DNA of 64,000 nt, from assembly GCA_963848635.1 (NCBI GenBank), contig CAWKEA010000002.1, forward strand, positions 13,464-77,463. The letters run 5' to 3'. Below are positions 38,769 through 49,003 of this stretch, piece after piece. Position 1 is the stretch's first letter; the number at the start of each line of letters is the position of its first letter. The notes below the pieces were generated by a model. It ran no database searches. It saw nothing but the letters and a program-made list of their open reading frames with translations, and was not told where the DNA came from. The position numbers and the translations under genes are program-made. This DNA is from an uncultured bacterium. GTDB lineage: Bacteria; Patescibacteriota; Minisyncoccia; Phycocordibacterales; PALSA-1337.

Positions 38769-39152
38769 ATGCCTTTCGGCAAGTTGCAGAATAGCGCAAA
38801 AAAGGCTATAAAACAAGCAGAAGAAAGGAAAATAAATATGAACATTATGGCAAAAGAAACCGAACCCCGCACAAATAGCATGCTTGATGACTTGGTCGAC
38901 TTGAGCAGAAGAGGAAAGCTTTGGATGGCGGGATGCAATCCAGGCCACGAATGCGACAAGCAGCCGATAAGCGGCAAAGGATTAGCTGTGGTCAAAGCGC
39001 TCGTCGGCTTGTGTCTGAAACACGGTGTGGCGCCTTTCTGTTGTGTGAGCGGTCAAGACGGATCGTGCACGACCGATGGTATAATTTCGCTCAGTCCGGC
39101 GGAATGCGATGATCTCGTGGAAAAGGCCGCCCCCTTCATTGCGCGAAACTGA
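38769..39152 (+). CDS. Hypothetical small Cys-rich protein
   Basis: 127-aa ORF followed by a strong terminator. Confidence 0.4.
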   Translation: MPFGKLQNSAKKAIKQAEERKINMNIMAKETEPRTNSMLDDLVDLSRRGKLWMAGCNPGHECDKQPISGKGLAVVKALVGLCLKHGVAPFCCVSGQDGSCTTDGIISLSPAECDDLVEKAAPFIARN

Positions 39153-39164
39153 CGACGAACTGAA

Positions 39165-39207
39165 AAGCAGAATCCCGCTCTCGAGCAACCGCGAGCGGGA
39201 TTTTTTC
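39165..39207. terminator. Bidirectional hairpin terminator (ATCCCGCTCTCGAG..CGCGAGCGGGAT + TTTTTTC) between convergent genes
   Basis: A 12-bp stem followed by a T-tract. Confidence 0.55.
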
Positions 39208-39222
39208 TTTGCCTGGTTGTGG

Positions 39223-41035
39223 CTACTTTTCTACGCTAACATGCTTGGCCGATTCAGCAGAATCCTGCTTGGCCGCGGCTTTATCCTTTTCCTTGGCCGC
39301 TTTCATGAATTCAGTGAACAAGGGATGCGGCATGAGAGGTCTGGCGAGGAATTCGGGATGGAATTGTGTGCCGAGGAAGAACGGGTGCACTGCTCGCGGC
39401 AGTTCGGCGATCTCCATGAGAGTGCCATCGGGAGATTTGCCAGAAAACACGAGGCCGCCTTTCTCGAGCCTTTCGATGTATTTCGGATTGACCTCGTACC
39501 GATGGCGGTGGCGCTCCTTGATCATGACAGTCGCCTTGGGCAGTCTCTTTCCCTGAAAATACGAGTACGACTCCTCTGCGATAGTCCCCTTGCCGAGCCT
39601 GGTCGGATAGAGGCCGAGGCGCATCGAGCCGCCGTAATTCTTGTCTTCCATCTTTTTCTTTTGATCCGGCAATATGTCGATAACGGGGTTCTTTGTCGTT
39701 GCGTCTATCTCAGTCGTGTTGGCATCCGAGAGGCCGAGCTTGTGCCGCGCGTATTCGATGGTCAAAAGCTGCATGCCATAGCAGAGGCCGAAATACGGGA
39801 TCTTGTGCTCGCGGGCATAGCGGATGACATTGAGCTTGCCTTCTATGCCGGTCGAGCCAAAGCCGCCTGGCACGATGATGCCGTCGAAAGTGTTGAGATT
39901 GGAATAATCGATGATGACTGCGTTTTCCTTTCTTGCCCTCTTCTTCGAAATCCGTCGCATTGATCGCCTCGATGACCGCCTTGACTCCTACTGACCGGGC
40001 GGAAAATTTTATAGCTTCAAGCACCGAGAGATATGCATCCGTCAGGACAAAGTCGCCTGTGGAGAAATATTTGCCGACTATGGCTATCCTGACCGGCCGG
40101 TCGTCATGATCTTTTATCTCCTTGGCCATTTTCTTCCATTCGTTCAAATCGACAAAGCCGGCTGTGTTCGCATTTTTTTTGCTGTTAGTCTTTTTTTCGA
40201 GCTTCAACGAATCAAAGATTATCTGGCCAAGCCCTCCATGATCAAAATTGACCGGTACGTCATAGATGCTCTCGATATCCGGAGCCGATAGGACATGATC
40301 AGGGAATATATTGCATGCGATAGCGATCTTCTCCTTGCGGCGCTTATCCAGAGGCGATTCGGCGCGAGCGATGATGATATCAGTATTCACTCCGTATGAA
40401 GCCAGCTGATGGGCAGCATGCTGTGTCGGGCGTGTCTTCATCTCGCCGAGATTCGAAGGCACTGGCAAATATGAGACCAATATGAAAAGACAGTCATCGG
40501 GATGGTGAATCTTCAAGAACCGGGCGGCCTCGATGAACATGATGTTCTGATAATCTCCGACGGTGCCCCCGATCTCGATTATCGAGATATCGGACTTGCT
40601 CGCTTTTGCGGCATGCTCAAAGCGACGGACGATCTCATCTCGGATATGCGGCACTGCCTCAACGCATTTGCCGCCATAGCCTAAACTGCGCTCGCGGTCG
40701 ATGACAGCTTTGTAGATCATGCCGCTCGTCATATAATCGGCTTCGCTCGCGTCGCGATTGAGGAACCGCTCATAATTGCCCATATCCTGATCGGTCTCAA
40801 GGCCGCTGTTCAGAACAAAGACCTCGCCGTGCTCGGTTGGGTTCATGGTGCCTGCGTCAACATTCAGATATGGGTCAACCTTTACTAGATTGACGGTGAA
40901 TCCTTGAGACGAAAGCAGAGTGCCTATAGAAGAAGTAGCGACGCCCTTGCCGACTCCCGACATCACTCCGCCGATAACGAAGATATATTTATGATGGTTG
41001 GCTGGTCCGTGTGGCTTGGCGGGTCTGTGTTTCAT
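39223..41035 (-). CDS. pyrG: CTP synthase PyrG, split by a single frameshift at about 39955 between the synthetase and glutamine-amidotransferase domains
   Basis: ORF 39710-41035 holds the synthetase domain (KYIFVIGGVMSGVGKG ...). ORF 39223-39960 holds the GATase domain (DGIIVPGGFG ... GLCYGMQ ... HPEF). The junction is in a homopolymer-rich stretch (gaagaagagggcaagaaaggaaaacgc). Confidence 0.85.
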
Positions 41036-41133
41036 GGGCCAATTGTAGTCAAAGGATAAAGCAGTTGCAAGCGGTCAGCGCAAGCGGCAAGTTAATTCGA
41101 AATCGGTCAAATGAGCTCAGAGAGAATTCGCCC

Positions 41134-42088
41134 CTAGACTTTTAGATATCGCCTCACGGCCAGATAGCTCGATACAGCGCCGAGGACTATGCCTGTTCCC
41201 ATGATTATGACGAATATTTCCCCGAAGTGGACCAAAAAATATGTAGAGAATATGGAAATAATGGAAGAAAGATCGGAAGCAACCTCGGCACCGGCAAAAT
41301 GGGCAATCAATGCCCCGCTCCAAAAGACGAGTCCCGCGAGAATGATGAGCGTGAGAATGCCGGAAACAATGCCGCACATGATCCCTGAGACTACGAACGG
41401 GCCGCGGACATACGTATTCGACGCGCCCACAAGCCGCATGACGGAGATCTCGTCGCGAGAAGTATAGATGATGAGGCGTACAGTATTGAATATGATGATG
41501 ATAGCGACGATGACGAGCAATAAGTACCAGCGCAAGCCCCGCCTCTTCGACATCAGGTATGAGACGTCCGAGCCTGTCGATGACAGCCTGGTTTTCGCCG
41601 TAATTGACGCTATCGACGATCGGCGTGCCAGAAGCCGTCATAGCCCCAGAACCAGTGAGGAAATCCGATATGCCCGCATATTCGGACGGATCATTGGCCT
41701 TTATTATAAGGGCGGCGGGAAATGGATTAGTGCCGATCTCATTGATGCTCTGCAATATGAGCGAATTGCCCTGCCATTGGCTCTGAAAATTTGCCAAAGC
41801 TTGATCGCTCGATATATACGTCGTCGAAGCGACTTCCGGCAATTTTTCGACTGTCTTTTGCAAGGCGAGGATGTCATCCAGAGCGGCGTCCTGATTGAAA
41901 TAGGCCGTGACGTCGATCTTGTCCTTGACCTCCGCTATCATCGCTCGGCCAAAGACATCGCCGAACATGACGGCACCGAATGAGACGAGGCATAGAGTGA
42001 TGACGACGATTGCCGCGAACGACAAAAAGCCGTTACGCCAGAAATTGACGAAACCTGTTTTCACGATGCGCTTGAGATTTATGAACAT
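41134..42088 (-). CDS. ftsX: Cell-division permease FtsX, split by a frameshift at about 41550
   Basis: ORF 41117-42178 has the N-terminal periplasmic domain, and ORF 41134-41553 has the C-terminal 3-TM permease domain. The gene starts 10 bp downstream of the ftsE stop. Confidence 0.8.
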
Positions 42089-42098
42089 GAGGTTATAT

Positions 42099-42785
42099 TT
42101 ATAGAATATATTTCCCTTTTTTGTCGTCGCGCGTGACTTTTCCCTTTTCCATAGTGATGACGCGGCCGCCGATGGCATCGACGACGCCTTTGTTGTGAGT
42201 GGTCAAGAAAACCGTCGTGCCGATCTCGTTTATCTTTTGGAGGATGCGGATGATGTCGTAGGTATTCTCCGGATCGAGATTGCCGGTAGGCTCGTCGGCT
42301 ACGATGATATCCGGTTGGTTGACGATGGCCCGCGCGATCGCCACACGCTGACGCTCTCCGCCTGAGAGCTGATGGGGAAAATTCCACATTTTGTCGGCGA
42401 GGTCGACGAGCTCGAGCACATGCGGCACGTCCGCCGCCACTTCGTTCGATGTGCGCCCTGCCGCTTCCATGGCAAAAGCGATATTCTCGTAGGCAGTCTT
42501 GTTCGGTATGAGCCGATAGTCTTGGAAAACCATGCCGATGCGCCGTCGATAGCGCGTCATGTCGTGCTTTCTCAGCTTGTGGATATTGGCCGATTCAAAA
42601 AAGACCGTGCCGGACGTCGGGCGATCTTCGGCGATGAGCATCTTCATGAGCGTCGTCTTGCCCGCTCCTGAATGCCCCACGATGGTTATAAATTCTTTCG
42701 GTTCGACGCCAAAGCTGACTTCATCGAGCGCTTTCGATCCGTCTGGGTAGATTTTTGTGACTTTATCGTAGTAGATCATTGGCAT
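42099..42785 (-). CDS. ftsE: Cell-division ATP-binding protein FtsE
   Basis: An ABC ATPase with Walker A GHSGAGKTT, the signature LSGGERQRVAIARA, and Walker B IIVADEPTGNLD. Confidence 0.9.
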   Translation of the reverse strand: MPMIYYDKVTKIYPDGSKALDEVSFGVEPKEFITIVGHSGAGKTTLMKMLIAEDRPTSGTVFFESANIHKLRKHDMTRYRRRIGMVFQDYRLIPNKTAYENIAFAMEAAGRTSNEVAADVPHVLELVDLADKMWNFPHQLSGGERQRVAIARAIVNQPDIIVADEPTGNLDPENTYDIIRILQKINEIGTTVFLTTHNKGVVDAIGGRVITMEKGKVTRDDKKGKYIL

Positions 42786-42934
42786 TCATTATAGCACTAC
42801 TGGATTTTTTTCTCAGCTTTTTTACAAGACAAGAAAGAGAACAGCCACGTTCAAAATCCAGCCGAGCGACAAGCCGTTTCTAGGACTGCATCAACCGAGC
42901 ACCAGGCGTATGGCCGCGCGGCATATGTCGGAGA

Positions 42935-43165
42935 CTAACCTGTTACAAGCTTGTTATTGTCTTCTATGCGGACTTTCGTATTGTTCTTTGGAAAATAGAT
43001 ATATTCGCCATCGATCCTGGCGATTTTCTTGCCATTCTCGTCAAAAGCCTCGGTAGAAGAAAAGTAGGCGAGTTTTTTCCCGGTATGATCGAAGATATGG
43101 TCGTTTTGGATGTAGCCGACCCTGATGCCGTCACGCATTATTTCGTTTTTTACTATTTTGATCAT
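42935..43165 (-). CDS. Hypothetical small protein (76 aa), AT-rich
   Basis: ORF only. Adjacent to the repeat/tRNA-Pro region. Confidence 0.35.
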   Translation of the reverse strand: MIKIVKNEIMRDGIRVGYIQNDHIFDHTGKKLAYFSSTEAFDENGKKIARIDGEYIYFPKNNTKVRIEDNNKLVTG

Positions 43166-43238
43166 GTGAATAGTATACTATAAAAAGCACCAAAAAGATG
43201 CAGGAGACTGCTTATATTTTAGCCTGTGGCGTCGCCTT

Positions 43239-43345
43239 CGCAAAGCTACGGCGACATCCTACAAAATTATAGTCGCTTCGCTCCTTAATTTTGTGGACCT
43301 ACGCAAAGCTGCGGCGACATCCTACAAAATTATAGTCGCTTAGTC
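43239..43345. repeat. 63-bp direct repeat, two copies (CGCAAAGCT(A/G)CGGCGACATCCTACAAAATTATAGTCGCTT), followed by a tRNA-like 5'-half fragment
   Basis: Copies at 43239 and 43302. The downstream segment 43345-43400 folds (minus strand) like acceptor, D and anticodon arms, but lacks a T-loop. Confidence 0.5.
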
Positions 43346-43411
43346 CTAATCGGACTCGGGTCTCGGCAATGCGAATGCCGCGTCGTACCACTAGACCATA
43401 GGCCCTCAATC

Positions 43412-43752
43412 GTCAAACTTTCCTTGTCGGGGTGCCGGGAATCGGTCACGGATAATTTCCTCGCCGTCGCTCGAAAATTTCCGCGACCCCGCCTCGCAGT
43501 CTCGCCATGCTCGGCTCGACTAGCTCCGGCTTTCGATTCCCTTTCGCCGCAAGCTTTGCTTGCTAACTTCAACTGTCAAACTTTCCTTGTCGGGGTGCCG
43601 GGAATCGGTCACGGATAATTTCCTCGCCGTCGCTCGAAAATTTCCGCGACCCCGCCTCGCAGTCTCGCCATGCTCGGCTCGACTAGCTCCGGCTTTCGAT
43701 TCCCTTTCGCCGCAAGCTTTGCTTGCTAACTTCAACTGTCAAACTTTCCTTG
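43412..43752. repeat. Tandem repeat of about 162 bp, two full copies plus a third that merges into tRNA-Pro. Each copy ends with a duplicated tRNA-Pro 3' fragment, about 26 nt in minus sense (CGATTCCCGGCACCCCGA).
   Basis: Units start at 43412, 43574 and about 43736. The ORF-track peptides MKLASKACGE... and MLTSTVKLSL... in this region are repeat artefacts. Confidence 0.7.
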
Positions 43753-43823
43753 TCGGGGTGCCGGGAATCGAACCCGGACCTCACACTCCCGAAGCGTGTA
43801 TACTACCACTATACTACACCCCG
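43753..43823 (-). tRNA. tRNA-Pro (anticodon CGG)
   Basis: Acceptor CGGGGTG/CACCCCG+A, as in typical tRNA-Pro; T-arm CCGGG-TTCGATT-CCCGG; anticodon loop TTCGGGA. The D-arm fold by hand is imperfect. Confidence 0.7.
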
Positions 43824-43932
43824 ATCACAAAAGACTACCAATAATCTTGTGATTAGTCCACTGTTTAGCCGACCATTTGACGCGGGATGCGCCTGCCGCG
43901 AGCAGAGCAGAAGATTGTGCTATACTTTTTCC

Positions 43933-45618
43933 ATGCAATCCCCCTTCGACTCTCTCAAGCCGGCCTTCAAAGGCGACATCGATACGACCGACGCGGTCCG
44001 CACAGCCTATAGCCATGACGCAAGCCTCTTCGAGATAAAGCCGCAAGCCGTGATTTTTCCAAAAGACTCCGCCGACGTGCAGACAGTCGTTAGATGGGTG
44101 AATGAACAGAACGCCAAATACCAGCACCAACAAGATGACATCTTGACACGTTATTCCATCACCGCCCGCTCTGCCGGCACGGATATGTCGGGTGGGGCGA
44201 TCGGCGGGAGCATCATCATCGACTTTACGAGATACATGAATAAAATAATCGAAGTAAAAGGCGATGAAGGAACGGTTCAACCCGGCTGTTACTATCGCGA
44301 TTTTGAAAAAGAGACGATGAAGACCGGCTATATCGTCCCGACGTATCCTGCCAGCCGCGAGATATGCGCCGTTGGCGGCATGGTGGCGAACAATGGCGGC
44401 GGCGAGAAGAGCATAAAGTACGGAAAAACAGGCGACCACCTTGCTGGGCTCAAAGTAATCTTCACTGATGGGAAAGAGTACGAGGTCCGACCTATGTCGC
44501 AGGCTGAATTGGAAAAGAAAATCTCCTCAACTGATTCAAAAGACGCCTTCGAATCTTCCTTGTACAAAAAAATGTGGGCTCTTATTCAAGCGAATTATGA
44601 CGCCATCATGGCCGCAAAGCCGGATGTGTCAAAGAATTCAGCCGGCTATTATCTCTGGAACGTCTATGACAAGAAAGCCGGGACATTCGACCTCTGCCGC
44701 ATCATCGCCGGCTCGCAAGGCACGCTCGGCATCATCACCGAGATCACCTTCAAGCTCATCAAAGCGCCGACTCATTCGAATATTCTGACGGTTTTCTTGC
44801 CAGACCTTTCCCATACGAGCCAGCTCGTCAATGAACTGCTTCCCTTCAAACCGGAAAGCCTCGAGACATATGACGACTACAGCATGAAGCTCGCCGTCAA
44901 ATTCTTCTTTGACTTTTACAAGCAGGTGGGCGCGTGGGGGCTCGTCAAGCTCGGCTGGCAATTCCTGCCCGAGGTGCGGATGATGGCGATGGGTGGGCTT
45001 CCGAAGCTCATCTTGATGGCTGAGTTCACGGGAGCATCAGCGGAAGAAGTGAATAAGACCATGATCGCCGCTGAGGAACACATCAAATACTTTGGCTACA
45101 AGACGCATATAGCGCACAGCGAAGCCGAGGCACAGAAATATTGGAAGATACGCCGCGAGAGCTTCAACCTCTTGCGCCACCATGTCAAAGGCGAGCGCAC
45201 GGCGCCTTTTATAGACGACATCATCGTTAAACCTGAATTTCTGCCTGAATTCATGCCGAAACTGCAGAAAATAATGGCACAATACAATCTGGTCTATACG
45301 GTCGCCGGCCACCTCGGCAACGGTAATTTTCATATCATCCCTCTCATGGATTTCAAGGACCCGCATTCGGCCGACGTCGTCCTCGAGCTCGGGAAGAAAG
45401 TCTACGATCTGGTCGTTTCATATCACGGCTCGATCACTGCCGAGCACAATGATGGCATCGTCCGCACTCCATATCTGCCGCTCATGTTCGGCCCGCATAT
45501 CTACGATCTCTTTGTCGAGACGAAAAAGATATTCGATCCCGGCAACATCCTCAACCCCGGCAAGAAAGTCGGCGGCACCTTCGACGACATGAGGCGCGAG
45601 ATGGTCAAGACAAGCTAG
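43933..45618 (+). CDS. FAD-linked oxidase (PCMH-type FAD-binding; D-lactate/glycolate dehydrogenase-like)
   Basis: An N-terminal FAD-binding domain (ARSAGTDMSGGAIGG) and a C-terminal FAD-oxidase domain. Start at ATG 43933; the upstream part of ORF 43723-45618 is repeat sequence. Confidence 0.75.
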   Translation: MQSPFDSLKPAFKGDIDTTDAVRTAYSHDASLFEIKPQAVIFPKDSADVQTVVRWVNEQNAKYQHQQDDILTRYSITARSAGTDMSGGAIGGSIIIDFTRYMNKIIEVKGDEGTVQPGCYYRDFEKETMKTGYIVPTYPASREICAVGGMVANNGGGEKSIKYGKTGDHLAGLKVIFTDGKEYEVRPMSQAELEKKISSTDSKDAFESSLYKKMWALIQANYDAIMAAKPDVSKNSAGYYLWNVYDKKAGTFDLCRIIAGSQGTLGIITEITFKLIKAPTHSNILTVFLPDLSHTSQLVNELLPFKPESLETYDDYSMKLAVKFFFDFYKQVGAWGLVKLGWQFLPEVRMMAMGGLPKLILMAEFTGASAEEVNKTMIAAEEHIKYFGYKTHIAHSEAEAQKYWKIRRESFNLLRHHVKGERTAPFIDDIIVKPEFLPEFMPKLQKIMAQYNLVYTVAGHLGNGNFHIIPLMDFKDPHSADVVLELGKKVYDLVVSYHGSITAEHNDGIVRTPYLPLMFGPHIYDLFVETKKIFDPGNILNPGKKVGGTFDDMRREMVKTS

Positions 45619-45672
45619 GTCAAGATGACATCTCGTACAGAAAAACAAATATATCATCTAGCCGATTTTGTT

Positions 45673-46218
45673 TTATCTATCATCTTTTGTCTCCTTCCAC
45701 TTCCAGACGCAATAGACGAGCATGAGAACGACTGAAATGACATAAGGAACGCCGACTTGAAGATCTAATTTTGCCTCTCTTTTCTCGACTTCACGGAGTG
45801 ATCGTGCGGCGAGGACATAGCCGTTTTTGTAAGGAGCGACGACAGCGGCAAAACGCAGGCCGGATGGCATCTGCCATGTGACTCGGTCTTCGCCATGTGC
45901 TTTGACATCTGAAAAGACACCGGCAGATATCGTCGGCAGAGCGCCATTGATCAGACCCGAAGCTGTGATAGGAGTGCCCGATGCGCTATATATGACCATG
46001 AACGGGGAGAGACTCGCGCCCGCATCGATCTGATTCGACGCATTCCACTGCGGGGTGAGGCCGCCATCGAGAGCGACGACGGCGTCTTCGACAAGCTGTA
46101 TCTGCGGATCATTGGCCGATTGGCGATAGTCCTGTTGCACAGCAACGTCGATCGACCCGAAAATAGCCGTCACCATGACGAAAAGGCAGAGATACTTGAA
46201 CAAGCGGAGTTTTGACAT
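45673..46218 (-). CDS. Hypothetical membrane-anchored protein
   Basis: ORF with TM helices at the N- and C-termini. Confidence 0.4.
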   Translation of the reverse strand: MSKLRLFKYLCLFVMVTAIFGSIDVAVQQDYRQSANDPQIQLVEDAVVALDGGLTPQWNASNQIDAGASLSPFMVIYSASGTPITASGLINGALPTISAGVFSDVKAHGEDRVTWQMPSGLRFAAVVAPYKNGYVLAARSLREVEKREAKLDLQVGVPYVISVVLMLVYCVWKWKETKDDR

Positions 46219-46264
46219 TATTTTTTTGGTTGAAGATAAAGGCGACAGCCCTGGGATCAAACGA

Positions 46265-46765
46265 CTATGGGAATCGATTCGCGACACAGCCTGCATACGT
46301 CGTCGTGCCGTTCTCGGTCACGAACGCAGTGATGCCCTTTGTCCAAAAAACAAAGCTCTCGGTCGGGTTCGTATAGCGCGCTCCATCGGCAGACAGAGCA
46401 TGAGCCAGGATGAGGTGCCTGCTATCGGACAGATTGACGTTGACGAAATCGTCTTTCGGCAGATGGAACGTCGCTGTGATGGATCTGTCGCCATCGCAAG
46501 AATAAGAATATGTCTGTGTCGAAGTAGCAGAGCTCTCATCTGTGTCCGCTGAGACGCTCGTCGAAGCGATGCTCGCCATAGTATCGGTTTCCTGCGGTGC
46601 CGCAGGCGACGGAGCATTTGCATAATGATGTGTTCCGATCAAGACGATCGCGGCGATCACGATGACAGCCCCGATGATGGTCCAGAAACGACGGTCATTT
46701 TGGTTCATCGCCTTGTCCTGCTCTTTGCCATTGCTCTTCTCTTCGTATGTAGGTTTTTGGTTCAT
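46265..46765 (-). CDS. MliC-family (membrane-bound lysozyme inhibitor of C-type lysozyme) protein
   Basis: YSCDGDRSITATF ... LSADGARYTNPTESFVFWTKG ... YAGC matches the MliC pattern. It has an N-terminal TM/lipobox-like region. Confidence 0.6.
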   Translation of the reverse strand: MNQKPTYEEKSNGKEQDKAMNQNDRRFWTIIGAVIVIAAIVLIGTHHYANAPSPAAPQETDTMASIASTSVSADTDESSATSTQTYSYSCDGDRSITATFHLPKDDFVNVNLSDSRHLILAHALSADGARYTNPTESFVFWTKGITAFVTENGTTTYAGCVANRFP

Positions 46766-46778
46766 GAGGATATCCTGA

Positions 46779-47135
46779 TTAAAAGACCATTAAAACTGCG
46801 GCAAAAAGAGCGACATTCTTCCAAAATGCGGTTCTTTGGGACATGCGGGCCATCGGATCGGTTTCTTTCCAAAAATCATGCATGAATATGGTCGTCGGCA
46901 CCAAAAAGAGGATCACGAGAAAAAGAGACACGGTCATATGATAAGCGAATGTTATGCCAAGACCACCGACAAGCAATAAAAGGCCCGTGCCGTAGACCGC
47001 AAGCTTTGGCATAGGGACTTTTTTGGAAGCCGCATAACCGACGAGGCTTTTGCCGTTTTTCAAATGGTTGAAGCCCGAATAAGCGAAATAAAGCCCGAAT
47101 ATGACGCGACCGACGATATTGATAGTGGGATACAT
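46779..47135 (-). CDS. DoxX family membrane protein
   Basis: 118 aa with 3-4 TM segments and a DoxX-like N-terminus (GRVIFGLYFAYSGFNHL). Confidence 0.7.
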   Translation of the reverse strand: MYPTINIVGRVIFGLYFAYSGFNHLKNGKSLVGYAASKKVPMPKLAVYGTGLLLLVGGLGITFAYHMTVSLFLVILFLVPTTIFMHDFWKETDPMARMSQRTAFWKNVALFAAVLMVF

Positions 47136-47225
47136 AATGATAAATATGGTTAAAGTTGTAATTCTAAGACCAAGTATAGCACAAAAACAAAATATCCAAT
47201 GATCAGAAATGATTGCTTTTGATCA

Positions 47226-48131
47226 TTGAAAATCGGTCATTATGCTATAATGGCACTCATGTTAACGTATATTCAGGCTATAGTTCTCGGAGCTGTTCAA
47301 GGCGTTAGCGAGCTCTTCCCGGTCTCAAGCCTCGGCCACAGCATCATCCTGCCAGCGCTTTTTGGCTGGAAAATCGATCAAGGCGCTGATTTTTTTCTGA
47401 CATTCCTCGTAGCCACGCATTTTGCTACGGCTCTCGTTCTCTTCGTCTATTTTTGGAAAGACTGGAAAAGGATCATATGGGGCCTTCTGCGTTCGATCAA
47501 ACGCATTACTATCGTCGGCGACCCCGATGCTCGCCTCGGCTGGCTCCTTGTTCTCGGCACTGTGCCTGCCGGCCTCATCGGGCTTATCTTCCAAAGCAAG
47601 CTCCAGGCTCTATTTGCTTCGCCGAAATATGTTTCGATATTCCTAATCTGCAATGGTCTTGTTCTTTTTGGGGCCGAATATCTAACAAAAAGAAAAGAGA
47701 CAAAAAAAATAACCAACGATCAAAATTCTATCACCAAGGATGAAAGGATCGAGCATCTGTCATGGGCTAGCAGTTTTAAAATCGGCATGGCCCAAGCGCT
47801 CGCCCTTATTCCTGGATTTTCGAGGACAGGATCCGCTCTTGGCGGCGGACTGCTTGTCGGCCTTGACCACGAAGAAGCAGCTCGCTTTGCTTTTCTCCTG
47901 GCCACTCCCATCATCGGTGCGGCGGCGGCTCTCAAACTGCCGCATTTTCTGTTGCACATCCACTCATACCCAGCAGGGCCGATCTTTGTCGGCGCATTAG
48001 CCGCGGGCGTAGGCGCATATCTTTCCGTCAGATTCCTCTTGAAATATTTCAAGACAAAGACCCTGACGCCCTTCGCTATATATTGCGTTCTTGTCGGGCT
48101 CGGATGCGCCGCGTTCTTTTGGTTTGTATGA
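47226..48131 (+). CDS. uppP: Undecaprenyl-diphosphate phosphatase UppP (BacA)
   Basis: GAVQGVSELFPVSSLGHSI and the C-terminal RTGSALGGGL motifs. Confidence 0.85.
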   Translation: MKIGHYAIMALMLTYIQAIVLGAVQGVSELFPVSSLGHSIILPALFGWKIDQGADFFLTFLVATHFATALVLFVYFWKDWKRIIWGLLRSIKRITIVGDPDARLGWLLVLGTVPAGLIGLIFQSKLQALFASPKYVSIFLICNGLVLFGAEYLTKRKETKKITNDQNSITKDERIEHLSWASSFKIGMAQALALIPGFSRTGSALGGGLLVGLDHEEAARFAFLLATPIIGAAAALKLPHFLLHIHSYPAGPIFVGALAAGVGAYLSVRFLLKYFKTKTLTPFAIYCVLVGLGCAAFFWFV

Positions 48132-48283
48132 ACCGATATATCATATGCGCTTCACTGCTCTGTCTCTGATTCTCATTTAGAGCACCTTTGCAGAATAAAT
48201 CATTATAATAAATGAGATTTTTTGAATTCAAAAAGCCCTTTGAGGGCTTTTTTTGGCTTATATTATTGATTTTAACGTTGAGC

Positions 48284-49003
48284 TTACTGAATATTCGCGC
48301 TCGCGCCGGCGTTCACGCTAGCATTATCGCCTTGTCCGTCTAATTGGACGGCGCCTTGAGCTGGTATCATCGGGCCTCCGGGATTTATACCCCGTGGATC
48401 GCCCGCTCTTTGCATTGGACCGCCGGGATTGATGCGAGGAGAACCAGGAGTCGGATGTCGCATGCCTGGGGTCGAGCTAGCTCCATTGTTCCATCTCATC
48501 ATGGTCGAGCTCGCAATGCCATGGCCGTAATAACCCATAGTGCTCGATGCGCTCATATTGCCTCGCATGTCTCCTGCTGTCATCGGGATCCTGCCATCGA
48601 TAATAGTGACGGCAACGATAGAATCATCGCTTGCGACTGGGCCCGACACGGCGACATGATCGCCTACGGAGATATCAGAGATCGAAGCTGTGCTCGTGCC
48701 TGTGGCAGAGCCTTTTATTATCTTTGCATTCGAAGCATCGACGCTATAGGTCGTCGTCGCCGTAGAAGTCCCTTGGCGGCCATCGACAGTGATTGTCGAG
48801 CCGTCAATGGCTGTCACAATGCCAAAGACGCCGTTCCTCATCATGGGCATCATACCCATGCCATGCATAGCAGTCGTTGAAGCTACCCAAGCAGAATTCG
48901 GCGCAGGATGCGCGATCGTATTCATAGTGGCATGGCCGCCGCCGAATATGCCGCTGAAGAAAGCTCCAAAACCCGTAAAAATCGATGCGAATAAATTGGA
49001 CAT
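48284..49003 (-). CDS. Secreted Gly/Met/Pro-rich hypothetical protein
   Basis: Signal-like N-terminus, two beta-rich repeats (ITVDG...ATTTYSVD / GDHVAVSG...VAVTIIDG), and a low-complexity C-terminus. Confidence 0.45.
   Translation of the reverse strand: MSNLFASIFTGFGAFFSGIFGGGHATMNTIAHPAPNSAWVASTTAMHGMGMMPMMRNGVFGIVTAIDGSTITVDGRQGTSTATTTYSVDASNAKIIKGSATGTSTASISDISVGDHVAVSGPVASDDSIVAVTIIDGRIPMTAGDMRGNMSASSTMGYYGHGIASSTMMRWNNGASSTPGMRHPTPGSPRINPGGPMQRAGDPRGINPGGPMIPAQGAVQLDGQGDNASVNAGASANIQ

Noticed and set aside
39109-39963. 284-aa plus-strand ORF
   Set aside because: It is antisense to the pyrG glutamine-amidotransferase domain. It is shadow ORF.
43239-43752. CRISPR array
   Set aside because: These are direct repeats of 63 bp and 162 bp in tandem with no unique spacers and no cas genes. 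The units contain tRNA-Pro 3' fragments.
43330-43844. Four ORFs encoding near-identical peptides (MKLASKACGE..., MLTSTVKLSL...)
   Set aside because: They are created by the 162-bp tandem repeat and tRNA-Pro sequence. They are not genes.
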